NCBI GenBank assembly: GCA_024704765.1
Contig: JAKMXF010000099.1
Location: 124,001-188,000, forward strand
Length of the DNA: 64,000 nucleotides
Reading direction: 5' to 3'
Origin: Oopsacas minuta
Lineage: Eukaryota; Animalia; Porifera
Shown here one piece after another: positions 23,901 through 36,761 of this stretch (its first letter is position 1; each line of letters starts with the position of its first letter). The notes beneath the pieces are model-generated. The model searched no databases. It had not been told where the DNA came from and worked only from the letters and a program-made list of their open reading frames with translations. Both the position numbers and the translations under genes were made by a program.

Positions 23901-24866
23901 AAAGTATCGATTTCTGAAATCTCGATATCTATCGTTCAAAGATTTATCGATTGGATTCGAATCCCTGCCTTAGTGTGATGTATTCTCCATCCTGTGGCAT
24001 ACGTTTGTGATTTAATTTGATATGTATTGTGCTTACAATCTAACATCATTGTTTAAACTGTTGCCGTCCCTGCATTTTGCAATACATCCTGCATCCCACC
24101 ATAATCCTAAATAGGAAATACTAGCATCGCCTCAATATACATCGTACACAAAATGAACTTCCCGCTAATAGAAACTGCAATATTGTATTCTACTAACGCA
24201 CGGTTTAATATGCTGAAATTACAACAATTAAGTGAAAAACAGTTTCTGGCATCTTGAAAAGGTGGACGAAATTAATTACAAAGATAATATATAAGTTAAT
24301 TAATTTCATGTACTGTTAACCACTTAATTTAAGAAAATGTTTGAATGTTACTGAATAATGCCCCTTAGATTCCCATACCACATTGAAATTATGCGCAGCC
24401 AATGAACTCGATTAACAAAATTCTTTGTTATGTGGATTGTTCCCCTTTGGCTGTAGCCCCGTGACTACGTTGACAATCGGCGCAAATTTTTCCTCTTATA
24501 CCAATCTATTGTGGGTTACCAGGTCACTTTCAAATTTTTTAACCTTTGCTCGTATTTATATTTGTCCGTTGTCAAGGACAGTTATAACATTTCATTTTTA
24601 ATATGAATCCGAAAATAAGAGATGCGGTGCACAATAAAATTTGTATGATTCGGTCCATTACTTGGATGTTATCTTCCCATGATCTCGCCTCAACTAGAGT
24701 TCAATATTCATTTCTCTCAGCCTATGAACTTTGAGAATGTGAGAATAGATCAAATTTATTTGATTCTATCGATAGATACAGAGGCTTAGCCAGAGTGCCG
24801 CAAATGCAGCACCTACAATTGCGTGCAGTGGCGTTTCTAGACTTTTTATTAGGGGGGTGCTAATTA

Positions 24867-26180
24867 ACGGGTGAGCACTAAAATTTTAGACATATTTTAT
24901 AATTCACCATAACAACGAGATATTTACAAATTCATAAATCTTTGTTCACCAATGCATTATTTGTATATAGATTTCAAATTCAATCCATTTTCGATTATTT
25001 TAGAACATAGCATCTGGAGATGGATCATTTGAAAGTGACACAACGGCGACACATTATTGGACAATTTTTTCGTAAAAATTATGAGCATGGGATTTCTTAT
25101 ACAGTTAAGCATTTTTTGGCGTTTGGAATCGCAAGATCTACTATCAAGAATAGAGGAACCCTAAACAGGAAGTTGGGTAGCGGTCGCAAGTCTGTCAAAA
25201 TGCCCAAGAGGCTCCGGCGATCTCTATTGTATAAAATTAGCAATAAAATAGGAGTCTCCACCAGAAAAATCGCTCGAAAATTCGATATCTCTCAATCATA
25301 TGTTCGTAAGATCATCAAAGAGAATGGTGTTACATATCGTAAACGTAAGCGAGTCCCAGATAGCAAACCCGAACAAGAATTGAGGGCTAAGTCCAGGTGT
25401 CTAAAATTACGGAGAGACTTTTTCCCCTATCAAGCACAATTCAAATTGTAATGGATGACGAATCGTATTTCGGACTAAAGGATGACAATATCAATGTCAA
25501 TAAGGGTTATTATACTTCAGAATCTCTCTCAGCCAAGTCTCTGAATCCTAGAATCAGTTATATTCGTAAATCCAAGTACCCACCTAAACTTTTAATTTGG
25601 TTAGCAATTTCGAAAGAAGGCATATCGGAGCCATACTTTTGTCCTCGGAATCTTTCAGTTACTGGCGAAATTTACCGAAATCAATGCATAAAAAAGCATC
25701 TAATTCCTTTCTTAGAAAAGTTTCATGATGACGGTAAATATTACTTCTGGCCTGATCTAGCAAGTAGCCATTATGCGAAAGATACGCTTAAACTTCTTGA
25801 AGATCTAAATATCCCATATATTCCAAAATCTGCTAACGCTCCTAATACACCTCAATTAAGGCCAATTAAGGAATCCTGGGGTTATTTGAAATCCAAAGTT
25901 TATGAAGGTGGGTGGGAAGCTAAATTCTTCAGAAGGTTGAAGCAAAGGATTCGGAAATCAACCAGGCAAGTGGAATTTTCAATTGTCCAAAGGCTATTTT
26001 CAAGTGTCAAGACGAATATCCGAAAATCTGCAGACAATGGTCCATTAACAGCGATTCATTGAATTCTAGCTAAATTAAAATGTAATTAAACAAATATGAT
26101 AGAATTATACAATACTCTGTTGATAATTGATACAAGCTCAAACAGGATGAAATTTGTCTAATTTTTTAGTGCTCACCCGT
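24867..26180 (+). mobile_element. Tc1-like element with DD37E spacing (TRT/ITmD37E-like), nested 41 bp inside the hAT end
   Basis: 26-bp TIR ACGGGTGAGCACTAAAA..TTAGACA (2 mismatches), TA on both sides. Confidence 0.92.
25020..26062 (+). pseudogene. DD37E-type transposase, one frameshift, catalytic Glu position reads Lys
   Basis: VMDDESYF, FWPDLASSHY and NTPQLRPIKESW; 37 residues separate the second Asp from the K that occupies the usual PIE position. Confidence 0.85.
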
Positions 26181-26262
26181 TAATATGGATTGACATTGAA
26201 ATTAATTAAGCTATGATTTCATAATTTACCATCAAACTGAATAATGACAATTCTTATGTTTA

Positions 26263-28709
26263 TCAATCAGCTAAAATGTTAGACAATTGCAGTCTCCTCG
26301 GATTGATTCGCCCAAACTCATCCATCACTTCATTGATGTCTACATCAATATCTCTATGCAGGTGAAGAAGAGAGAGTCGATTTAATCTTCTATGGTTATT
26401 GAAGAACGGGGGGGCAGTTTTTGTTCTTTTTAGCCCACTAAATGACCTATCTGCAGTGCAACCTCTGACGGGTAGTGTGCACATTATGCTGATCAATGCT
26501 CTAATATTGGGGTACATTGAATTGGCATATTGGAGGGTAATAGTTGGTGTAGTGGGTAAGCTAATCCGTCAAGTTTATCTAGTTGCCGTTGCCACTTTAT
26601 TCGCCAACAGTGTAACTCACTCTAAACACCTCCAGGAGATGGAAGATCTTGTTGGTAGATGTCAGCAAGGTCACTAATTTTAATAATAATTTCATCCATT
26701 GGGATAGTTACTAGGATAGAAGGGACTAAGAACAAGCCTATCAGTGCAGTTCTTTGGTGGCTGTTGAAACGCAAATTATTTTCTGACAATAAGTGGTCAA
26801 TCAATGGGATTGATATACTACGCCGGTAATAAATAGATGGAATGTCAGCAAGAACATTATTGCGGTGAATTTGACATCCACAAATTCGAGGTAAAGATGG
26901 GACTGTGCAAACACTTTGCACATCTCCTCCACAATAAGAAACCACCTGCTGTGATGTGAATCATTATTTTCTCTAACTTCTTGCAAAACTAACTTCACGT
27001 TGTGAATTTCTGATACAGCTTCAACGATGTCTTTAGCCTCTGCTTGTAGACTGGAAGTCAAGGTTTCTATGTATTTTAGGCTGTAATTTGTTAATACTAA
27101 TGCAAAAATAAAATATGTACTGCTAATTGCTAATTGTAGAGTCCTGGCATCAGTAATTGCATCTGATGTCCACAGGGTAGGGCCCTCACTACAAACATTA
27201 TCGAAACAAGGTCTACGGAAGCGTGGAGAGACTGAAAATTTCTAGTGCATTAATACGTTGTACCCAGCGTTTAGGACAAAGATCCTTTAGTTTTGTGACT
27301 GTTGACCCAGGTTGTGTTTTATGAATAGCAAAATCAAGAAATCTTTGCCGTTTGGGATAGGCATGAAAGTGGTCCGATACTCTATCCACTACCCCTATCA
27401 TATTAAGAATACTGGTGACTTGTAGAGACTTCACCACAGCGAGATTAAGAGAGTGAGAGGCACAGCGAAGATAAAGTGCAAGAGGGTACTTCTTATTAAT
27501 AGGAGCTGCAGTTCCTTTTATTGATCCGCCATGTTACCAGTTCCATCGTACGCCTGACCACTTAGCTTAGTAATATTCAATCCATAATCGTTCTAACAGC
27601 CCAATATCTTATCCGAAAGGCAACGACCAGTGATCCCAGTATCACATTCTAAGAAATTCATCAGGTCCTCCCGAACTAACATATTGTCAGGATCTACATA
27701 CCTCAGTACTAGGCTCAACTGCTCTTTATTGGATATGTCAGTGACCTCATCTGAAATCACGGTAAACCATTGGGCTTTCTTAATTTTCTTAAGAATCTTG
27801 TTTTTTAGTTGGTTAGCGATGATGTCAATCAATTGATTATGGATATTAGAAGATGTGTAAGTTGCATTTTTAGCTGCGATGGGAAATGATTACTGAGGAC
27901 TGAATCTCCTGCTTCGACTCTGAATTGTAAGAGAGCCCTGAAGTTTCCATGATTTTCAATGCTATCTTTCTCCTGATTAGTGGAATTGTTACGATGTCGC
28001 CAAGTGGAATATTTTGACGACCGCACAAAATTATTGTGCTCACAATTGACAAGTTTCTGACGATTAGAAGAAATTCTCTCAGCCATTCATCATCAATTCG
28101 ATGTAGAATACTTGGTTACTGATTGGTCACCACTGGAAAGAACTCATCTGCTCTCACCATCGATGTATTATGATAATCCTTTTCTATATAATTTTCAATA
28201 ACTCTAAAGCCTTCCGGAACATTGTCAAAGGACGGGTGGCCAAGGATTCCAGGGAGATTACCACGGTATCCACATGTAACAGAGAGAACACATGGAATAC
28301 AAAATCTTCTATTTTTCTGCTTACTATACGTCAGCCACGGATACATCTGCAACCAGCGGAACTGAAATGTGCGTCTATTGTTATTCTTTTGAAATATATA
28401 ATCAGAAGCTGGACAGAATCGATTAACAAGTAGCTCATATTTGTCAGAATCCGGTATTGTATCCGAAATACCGATATAGCTTGCCACGTCATTGCATTCA
28501 GATAAGAGAATGCGTGGTCACTTAGCTAAAGGTTGGAATGTACTTTCATCAGTGGCGTGATAACTACGGGGAGATGAAGTATTATGTCCTTGTTGAAGAG
28601 TTGAATTCGAGGATCGTGAAGAGGTTGAGGCACCTGCAGCATTATTAATTTCAATTACTGAATCTTTGTCTAAAAAACTTGATTTTAAGAATGACGAATC
28701 AATCGACAT
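26263..28709 (-). pseudogene. Decayed hAT transposase (TTF zinc finger, DUF4371, C-terminal dimerisation domain)
   Basis: FQFRWLQMYPWLTYS..FCIPC; HGNFRALLQFR; ISDEVTDISNKEQLSLVLRYV; LCPKRWVQR; CTADRSFSGLKRTKT. Confidence 0.88.
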
Positions 28710-29547
28710 TGTTTTGTGAAATTGAATACAAAAAATAAATATTTATGATAATAAGAATTGGTCAGACTATAAATGGATACTTCTCAATCAATCAAATACA
28801 ATTGATATTTGATTAATTATTGAAACCAAAAATTCTAGATTTTTAAACAACAATCTTTCACTAAATCATTATAAAGTGCTTCAATGAAATTTAAGGGGAT
28901 GCTCGAGCACCCGCTGCGCCCCTAGATACGCCACTGATTACGTGTGCCCACTTCTTTGCTGTACCTATCCAGTACCTTCGTGTGGTCATGGCTAAGCCTC
29001 TGGAAAGATATACTATTTTGCTATGAAAAGGCCAAAGATTATGTAGACAGTGTCAACCAGAGCTGCAAATGGGCCATTGGTGAGTCATCAATATTTTATT
29101 CATAATTTCATATGCAATGTATACGTACTAGGTAGTACTTCAAAGTACCTTGTTAATAATAGAGGTAATATTAGTGGTCATTATACTGAAAGTTTGGAAT
29201 ACCATAAAGTGCGAGTGATATATACTTATGTTTTCGAGTATACTAATAGAAACTGTATTAATGAATAAAGCTTCAGTGTTTTTGATGCTCGGGATATTAT
29301 AACATCTCAACGTAATGCAACTTTTGAACAGCAATCATCTTTCGCGGTTGGAGCCTGGACGTCTCTACCGTAGGACATAGGGGATAATACCCTAACAAAT
29401 CTCATGTCCCGGAGTGTCTCGGCTCATTTTACAAACTGTATATTTGGCTCGCTTCTCTCTTATCTTACCATGAATACTATGTAATCGTACCCAAAGTTTC
29501 TGGGATATATTGATGTACTACCTAATGTATATTTGAAATATTATATA

Positions 29548-29968
29548 CAGGGCTCAGCCCTACTAGAGCACAATTTCCGTGCATAATATTTGTCAGTATA
29601 ATGCAATATATAATATGAGGGTCTGGGTATTTTGTTCTTTGGTTCCTTGTTGACGAGAATTTGTTTCGATTAATTGATCATGCCACCTAAATGTGGTTGT
29701 GTTTTACAAGCTATTTAATGTGGACTTGAGCTTATATATCACATTCAATAGTTGTCAATCATTGTGTTTCATTAGCGTTGTTGTAAATATCATTTCTATA
29801 AACCTGCTGAATTTCGTTCGAATCCTACTTTGCATTTACTTTTGACTCTAGATTACCTGAAATTGAATAACTTGATTCTTTAAATTTTCTATGATTTCAG
29901 TATACGTGACACTATTATGGGGAAAAACTGTGCTCTAGTAGAGTGCTGTACTAGAGCTGAGCTCTATG
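29548..29968. mobile_element. Probable MITE with degenerate TIRs
   Basis: Left CAGGGCTCAGCCCTACTAGAGCACAATTTCC versus right end read inward CATAGAGCTCAGCTCTAG..CTACTAGAGCACAGTTTTTCC; TA-rich flanks; no ORF inside. Confidence 0.5.
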
Positions 29969-30159
29969 TATATTATTTCTTATTAATTTTCGAGTAATCC
30001 CTTGTTATAATGTCCCAACTTATTCTTATACAATGAGCACAAAGTCGATCGGGAATTATTCCAAACCAAATGTGTATTTCGCAGTTATGAGAAATTGTTT
30101 CAACATTTACTTTACATTAGAACGTTAGATAATGTGTTAGGGATTATAGCTCGTTATAA

Positions 30160-30199
30160 TTCCTACTCCCATATTGCAATGCCACCCTAAGCCACTGTG
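30160..30199 (-). mobile_element. Solo Transib-like terminus
   Basis: Read inward from 30199: CACAGTGGCTTAGGGTGGCATTGCAATATGGGAGT. First 12 nt identical to the T1 TIR, plus the ATGGGAGT seen in the T1 3' end. No partner end found. Confidence 0.5.
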
Positions 30200-31755
30200 C
30201 CTCCAGACCTCATGATCTCTAGCTGCTGTCAACTATCGCCCTCACAAGCCAAGCCCTTCATATTTCCCGCTTGTTTTTATTATTTCTTTTATATAACAAT
30301 TTAAATTTGAATAATTTTGCAATGTAACTGATTCAGTGCATTGAATAATCTGTTTTTCTGTGTTTTCATCTTATACAATGGACATATAATTTTTAATGAC
30401 TGTGTGTTTCGGAATACAAACACACGTTTGTTGCAATGTATTCGTAAACTAGCTCTATTCGAATAATCGCCCGGGCTATTACTTGAAACATCCTGCACAT
30501 CTTATATGTTGTATAGTTACCCACTATTTACTTCAATACTTAAGAAACCGTAGTTATAAATTACGTAACTTAATCTATCCTAGTTTCATGCAGTTATCTT
30601 GATTCTCACTATACATGTATAAATATATTTTGAAATTCTTCGGCATTAGATAGTAAATATGATGCGCCATTAAGTTTCTAGCTCTTACTGATTTTCAATC
30701 AATTCTGAACAAATAATTTAGTTTGAATATAAGATAAATAGTATTGTGAACCACTACCCATATATGTGTCATTCCTCACATTAATTTTGACCACCACACC
30801 GCTGTAGGTAGCCTTAAGCAGATTTGGTTTGACTGTAAATTTATATTAGTAATTTCACAAAATGTTAGGAAAATCAAATATACCTCCTAGCCATCATTGA
30901 AATTGCGCCAACAGGCGTACCACTTTTTACAGAGACTGAAGATGATATCAAACATTCTAACAATTACTATTCAATAAAAAATGATGATGTTGTAGGCCAA
31001 ACGCGTTTAGCCCAGGTTGAAAGCAATTTCTATATTTCTATATCTCATGCGTGACTACTTATATATATTTTCGGCTTATCAATCAACAAAATGACTCTTT
31101 TGTAATCCTGTCATTGTTTAATCTGGGCATACCGAATCATAGTAATCTACGTAACGAAAAATGCCTGACTGGTTAGATGAATGTTGAACATGCTGTGTCA
31201 TCAACTTATAAGCATTGAGAATTGCAATTTTATAGAACTATCGAGATACACTCATCTGCTCCTGATTCATAAATAGAGTGCGCTCCAGGTCCCTCCTTTA
31301 ATGCTCTACTCATTAGTATAAAACCCACACAAGCATATTTCATATTTACCGAAGTCCAACATTTCGTTACACATTTCGCTCCACTTTTGATTTGTCAATT
31401 TTGTTGATAATTTAACTGGTTTTACATGGCTAAATAATGGAAGTAATTGCTTTTCCTGAATTTGTTTGATTGATTCTAACTTAAAATAAATTGGTTTACC
31501 AGTTGCTTTGCTTAATTTGGTAAATAGATTAACTAAGTAGCTTGTATAGATTCATTTAGATTATGGTCGAGAATATACATAGTTTATTATTATAGGATGA
31601 CATATATAATTACGTAGAAGTTATTACAAACAGGTATAGCTTCAAGAGCAGTTGACTAGATCTTATTGCATTTGTCTCAAATAATCTTACCGTCTTCTTT
31701 GAGCTCTCTGTCCTGGTTGAATTCCAAATTTCCAATAGGCACTAACATTAATTAA

Positions 31756-34700
31756 TTAATTCAGAAATACATTAAACGATTGAGTAAATATGTTATATTC
31801 GTAATGTTTCTGGGTTATTGAATACCTGAACCATGTCTTCAGTCTTCTTAATCCAGGAAAACTCTTTTCACATTTGCAAGAAGATACCAGACATATGAGT
31901 AATAATTTTATTAGAGTTTGTACTTGTGGGAAGAGATTTCGTACTTCCAAATGCATTTTTCAATAACCAATTTTAGCTTCTTCAATACTTTCTGGATTGA
32001 CATTTTCTCTGAATAATGCAAGTTGAGTTGATAATGTATGCTTTTCTAATTCTGGATATTGCCCAATTAATTCTATATTTACTTTTCCACTGAGTAACAT
32101 GGTTTCCAATTTTTCATCTTGATTTAAACTGGTTTTACTTGCGTCATACCTTTCAGATAGAATACGTTGCGTTGTCATTATTAGCTGAGTATATTTCCTG
32201 AAGAATATCTTTAGGTGGATATCTTCTTCTGGGAATTTTAAGTTCATCGAGACAATATTCTTCTGTTTGATCTTGAACTTGGCTAAAATATTGTCAAATG
32301 ACTCTTGTGTTAATCATAACTCCAATTGTACATGTACCATGCTAACTGCTGAAAGCATGCCTAGAATTGATTTTGAATATACAATTGATTTTAATTGTTT
32401 GCAATAACTTAACAAAATACAAAAGAGATCTTTACATGATACATTCATAGATTTTCCCTGTAATGATTTGTTTAGCTGTTCCAATAAGTAAATAGGTTTT
32501 AAGGTCATTAATAGGCCCGATAGAGTCTCTGCCTTCTGAAATCTATCTAGTAGTCCATTAGCTTTGGTGGCTGTAGTTATACTTTCACTGAGTGACATTT
32601 CTTTTGAGCTCTTGATTACTGCTAAATAGTTATCAACTACTGATTTGATCGTTGAATACCTAGTGAGCCAACGAGTTGGACATAATGGTAGGATATTCGG
32701 AGTTGATACAATACTTTCGGAATTATGTTCCTTTGCTACTTCATTAAGTATAGCCTAAATTATGAAGATTAATAGATGATTATAATTATTTAACTAATTT
32801 AACAATATAATAAAAATGATTACCTTATATTTTCTAGAGTTTGCATAAAGAATCCTCAATTCATACACCCATTGAATAGAATTACGCGCTAATTGAAAAG
32901 AGATTAGTGATTGTTGCATGACTAAGTTAGCTTTATGCGAACCACAATGGAAAAAAGTGCAAGCTATTGAATTTCCTTGACTCTAGCTTGACATCCATTA
33001 TAATTTCCGCTAATGTTAGCAGCTCCATCGTATGTCTGAGCGCGTAATTGATTAATGATCGTATTCAATCGAATAATAACGTGGTATAACATTTTTGCAA
33101 TATTCTCTCCAGTTGTTACACTAATTTCGTTTAAGCTATAAAATGCTCATGAACTTCTAATTCAGAGTCTACATGGCGAATACATATAGATTCTTGTTCT
33201 TCGCCTGTGATCTCTTGTGTACCGTCTACCATGATACCTTAATACTCCATTAGTACGTATTTTATCAGCAATTTGATTCACAATACAATGACTAAAAAGA
33301 TTCATCATCTCCTCTTGTCCTTGAGGAGAACTGAAATTGGTACAGTAGAACTCGGATAAGACGTACTCGGCTTAAGACGTACACTCGGTTAAGACGTACT
33401 ATTTCTTATATCCCAAAATATCAGTCATCATTATTTGTAATGCAAACATATTCGGATAAGACGTACACTCGGTTAAGACGTACTAATTTCTGTTTCCCGA
33501 GGGGGTACGTCTTATCCGAGTTCTACTGTACTTTAGATAAATATTGAAATAAGTTGGCATCGTCTTCTCCTCTAAGTTTCAATAATTGCCAAAAATTACC
33601 ACTTTCTTCAGTATGTCCACGAATGGCAATTCCCTGACGAGGTAAATATCTTACAGAAGTGAAAATTTCAAGTAAAGATTTTGTAGAGATTTGTTGATGC
33701 TGAATAATTTGAGAATCCAAAAAGTATAGCCACTGAAGGTTTATCCATAGTACTCATCTTGATGTAGCAAGCTTGTGTAATTGAGAGTTTTGATGTTCAA
33801 CAAATCGTTGTGTTGCCTTTTTCCAATTTTTACAGGCTTCAGGAACAATGATAATTCAATAGCTGGTACATTTTCTAATAATTTAAGTCTAGCAACTTTT
33901 GAACATGTGAAACATACGACTCGCTTTAAACTCGGTATATAGTGAATCCATGGATACTTTTCAAACCAAGCCTTCTGAAAATAAACGTTCTGAGTCTTTG
34001 TTCTTTTCGGTGGTAAGCTAGAGATATCCTAGCGTTGGTTAGGCTGAGGAAAATCTATCTCTTCATTTGAAGTGGTAACTAGAGATGTTATTTCAGTAGA
34101 AATAGTGTTCGCATATAAAACAATATCAGATGGATCTGTGGATTCTTCTGCGATATCTAGCTCTGAAGTTTAGTTACATGGTTGACCGGAACCAATAAAA
34201 GCTATAATTTTGGCTCGTTTTGGATTATTAGACATAATAACTGATCTAAGAAAGAATTAGAAAAAAAGAAATGGTTGTTAGTATGTAACTTAAATTACTT
34301 TATTGAGAACTAGTTATGTGATGTAAGTTGACAGTATTCAGAACTATTTATATACTTTGTCATCGTTTTCGATTTAACATGTATAGTTAATTACGCTGAG
34401 ACACAAATTGAAATGTATTCTAAAAGAAAATGACCAATACTAAATTACAGAAAAACTAGTGACAATTATTCGAAGAGACTAAGTGCGAATTATTAATAAG
34501 CACGATAGAGATTATTTACAAGTATATATTTATCCGGATTATAGCATATATTTCAAGGATTAGGAATAGGAAATGACATCTCAGATTTATATCTTTGAAA
34601 ACATACTCAAGAACAGTGTAATTTGAAAATAACAAGAGGATAATCTGCAGAAACTCAAAAGATTTGAGAACAAAAATAATGTAGACGTATCTCAAAAGTT

Positions 34701-34789
34701 AAAATGTAGGAGGGGATGATAAGTAGAGCATCCCCCAAGCTTATAAGTGGGGGGATATATCCCCCATCCCACCGGGATCTACGCCCCTG
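31756..34789 (-). mobile_element. Decayed hAT (ZMYM1-like) transposon; one terminus visible
   Basis: End CAGGGGCGTAGATCCC read inward from 34789. Fragments: WFEKYPW; RYLPRQGIAIRGH..GNFWQLLKLR; MVDGTQE; TYDGAANISG; PLCPTRWLTR; CKCEKSFPGLRRLKTW. Confidence 0.85.
33343..33528. mobile_element. pogo-type MITE (186 bp) inserted in the hAT transposase
   Basis: Perfect 24-bp TIR CAGTAGAACTCGGATAAGACGTAC, TA duplication, four further internal TCGG..TAAGACGTAC copies. Confidence 0.95.
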
Positions 34790-35099
34790 ACCTCAACATA
34801 CAGATGGCACCAGCGTTTATAGTCGGCATTTATCTCATAGTGAGCGCAGTATGGGAGGACAATTACTGAACGATTAAGATAGTAATATATTATATAAACA
34901 ATTCGATACTTCTGAAAAAACTTTTGGATTTTGTTATGGAAATTTAACTTACCGAAAATCGGCTGATTGTTTAAGGAAAGTGAAATCTGAAATGAAAATC
35001 AGAGAATAGGTTTTCTAAGACATATAAGGAAGATGTGACGGCCACCCAGGAATATTTTCGTTATCTGTTCCCTGATTATCCTATTCCGGGTTATGTTTA

Positions 35100-35450
35100 G
35101 TATTTTGTACAAAATCCGTTTTTAATACATATGTACACTGCTAAACAAATCCAACTCCTAAAATTCTTAAAGAACAAGGCTGTTGTTTTAAATTGTGATG
35201 CTACTGGTTCCCTAATTAGCAAACCACCTTCTTGTTCACACAAAATATTTATTTCATACACCTTGACAATGCAACATCCCGCGTATTCTACTAGTCCGGT
35301 ACCACTTGCAGAGATGATTAGCAGTGACCATAGCACGCTGAAATCTCAATTTTCTCAAACAAATAGTGTTTAAGTACAAAATTAGTATTAGTAGAGATTT
35401 ACAAAATAATAAGATGGAAATGGACTATAGTTGGGCGATTATACATAGTA
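35100..35450 (+). pseudogene. Fragment of a NOF-FB/MULE-like transposase, cut by the mariner insertion
   Basis: LNCDATGSLISK..PVPLAEMISSDH followed by MEMDYSWAIIHS immediately before the mariner TA site; family assignment from remembered motifs. Confidence 0.5.
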
Positions 35451-36761
35451 CGAAGGGCACTCGAAAAGTTTTGACGTTGAAACATATCAGATAGTAATAA
35501 TAAAATTGACTATTACATTTTTAAAATACTCTCCCTGACAATCTATACATTTTTTCATTCTGGTAAACCAATTATCAAAACATTTTTTCCGCTTTTCTTT
35601 GGGTATGTCTCCGATCGCTTGGAAAAGTGCCCCTCTCAACTCCTCATTAGTCGAAAATCTCCTCCCACGTATTGATCTTTGAGTCTAGGGAACAACCAGA
35701 AGTCGCAAGAGGCTAAATCAGGCTTGTAGGGTGGGTGAGGTAATGTTTTGAGTCCAGAATGTTCCAAAAACTCACGAATTCTGATTGCCGTATGCGATGA
35801 TGCATCATCATGATGAAGAAGAATTCCTCTAATGCCTGTCTTCTCCCGCTGTGACTCAATTACTGTGATGACTTTGGGTAGGCACACTGTAGTGTACCAG
35901 TCGGCAGTAACAGTCTTTCTATCCTCGAGAGCAACAGCTTCGACAAACCCACTAGATCTGAAAAAAATCGCCCACATTTGTTTCCCAACAGATCTAGTCC
36001 TCCGCACTTTGGTTGGAGGTGGGGCATCTTCTTCAACCCACTCCTTTGACATTCGCTTTGTTTCTGGATCATAATGGTATATCCATGTCTCATCACCTGT
36101 AAGGATCTCAGAAACAGCTCTTGAACTTCCATTAGCAAACCTTTTGAGCATAATCTTTCAAAAGTCTATGCGGGATATTTTTGCTATAAGCTCAAAGAAT
36201 GGGGAATCCATTGGGTACACAACTTCCTGACACAAAGTTCTTTGTGCAAAATGATATTAATTGTCCCCGATGACAACTCGGTTTCATACTCTAACTGAGC
36301 GTACGTAATATGAGGATCTTTAGTGATTAGATCTAGCATTTCGTTAACATTTTCTTCATTATGTGAAATATTCGGTCTTCCTGAACGAGGGGCATCTCCA
36401 AGAACAAAGTTTCCGTGAATAAATTCCCTGTACCATCATTCAACTGTACTTAGAGAAGGAACTAGATCCGGGAAATGTTCCTGTAAAGATTCATAGATTT
36501 CTACTAGCTATTCTTGTCTTCTGTAGTTTGAATAAGATCAAAATTGTTGCTCGAAAATCACGTTTTGTGAGATCAGATTTAGATTGAGATATTTTAGAAG
36601 CCATGTATACTAAAATGATCTAATTTATGAAAGTAGAAGAGATAAATGAATGAAATTTTCAAAGTAGAGTAATAAAATATGTCTGAAAAGATGGATGCGG
36701 AAAAATATCCGACAGATTAATGGTTTCATATCAAACGGCAAAACTTTTCGAGTGCCCCTCG
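35451..36761 (-). mobile_element. Full-length but decayed mariner (DD34D) element (1311 bp)
   Basis: TIR CGA(A/G)GGGCACTCGAAAAGTTTTG with TA flanks; ILTGDETWIYHYDPETK, LHHDDASSH, HPPYKPDLASCDFWLF; stops and frameshifts in the N-terminal half. Confidence 0.92.

Larger units (their letters stand above)
24826..28936 (-). mobile_element. hAT transposon nested in the MITE
   Basis: TIR CAGTGGCGTTTCTAG / CTAGATACGCCACTG; 8-bp TSD ATTGCGTG / ATTACGTG (7/8). Confidence 0.9.
24779..29002. mobile_element. Miniature hAT-type MITE (about 105 bp when empty) split by nested insertions
   Basis: 14-bp perfect TIR CAGAGGCTTAGCCA / TGGCTAAGCCTCTG; 8-bp flanks GATAGATA / GAAAGATA (7/8). Confidence 0.8.

Noticed and set aside
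33343-33528. CRISPR-like short repeats (also at 46500-46590)
   Set aside because: Eukaryotic context, no unique regular spacers, no cas genes; explained as MITE internal repeats.
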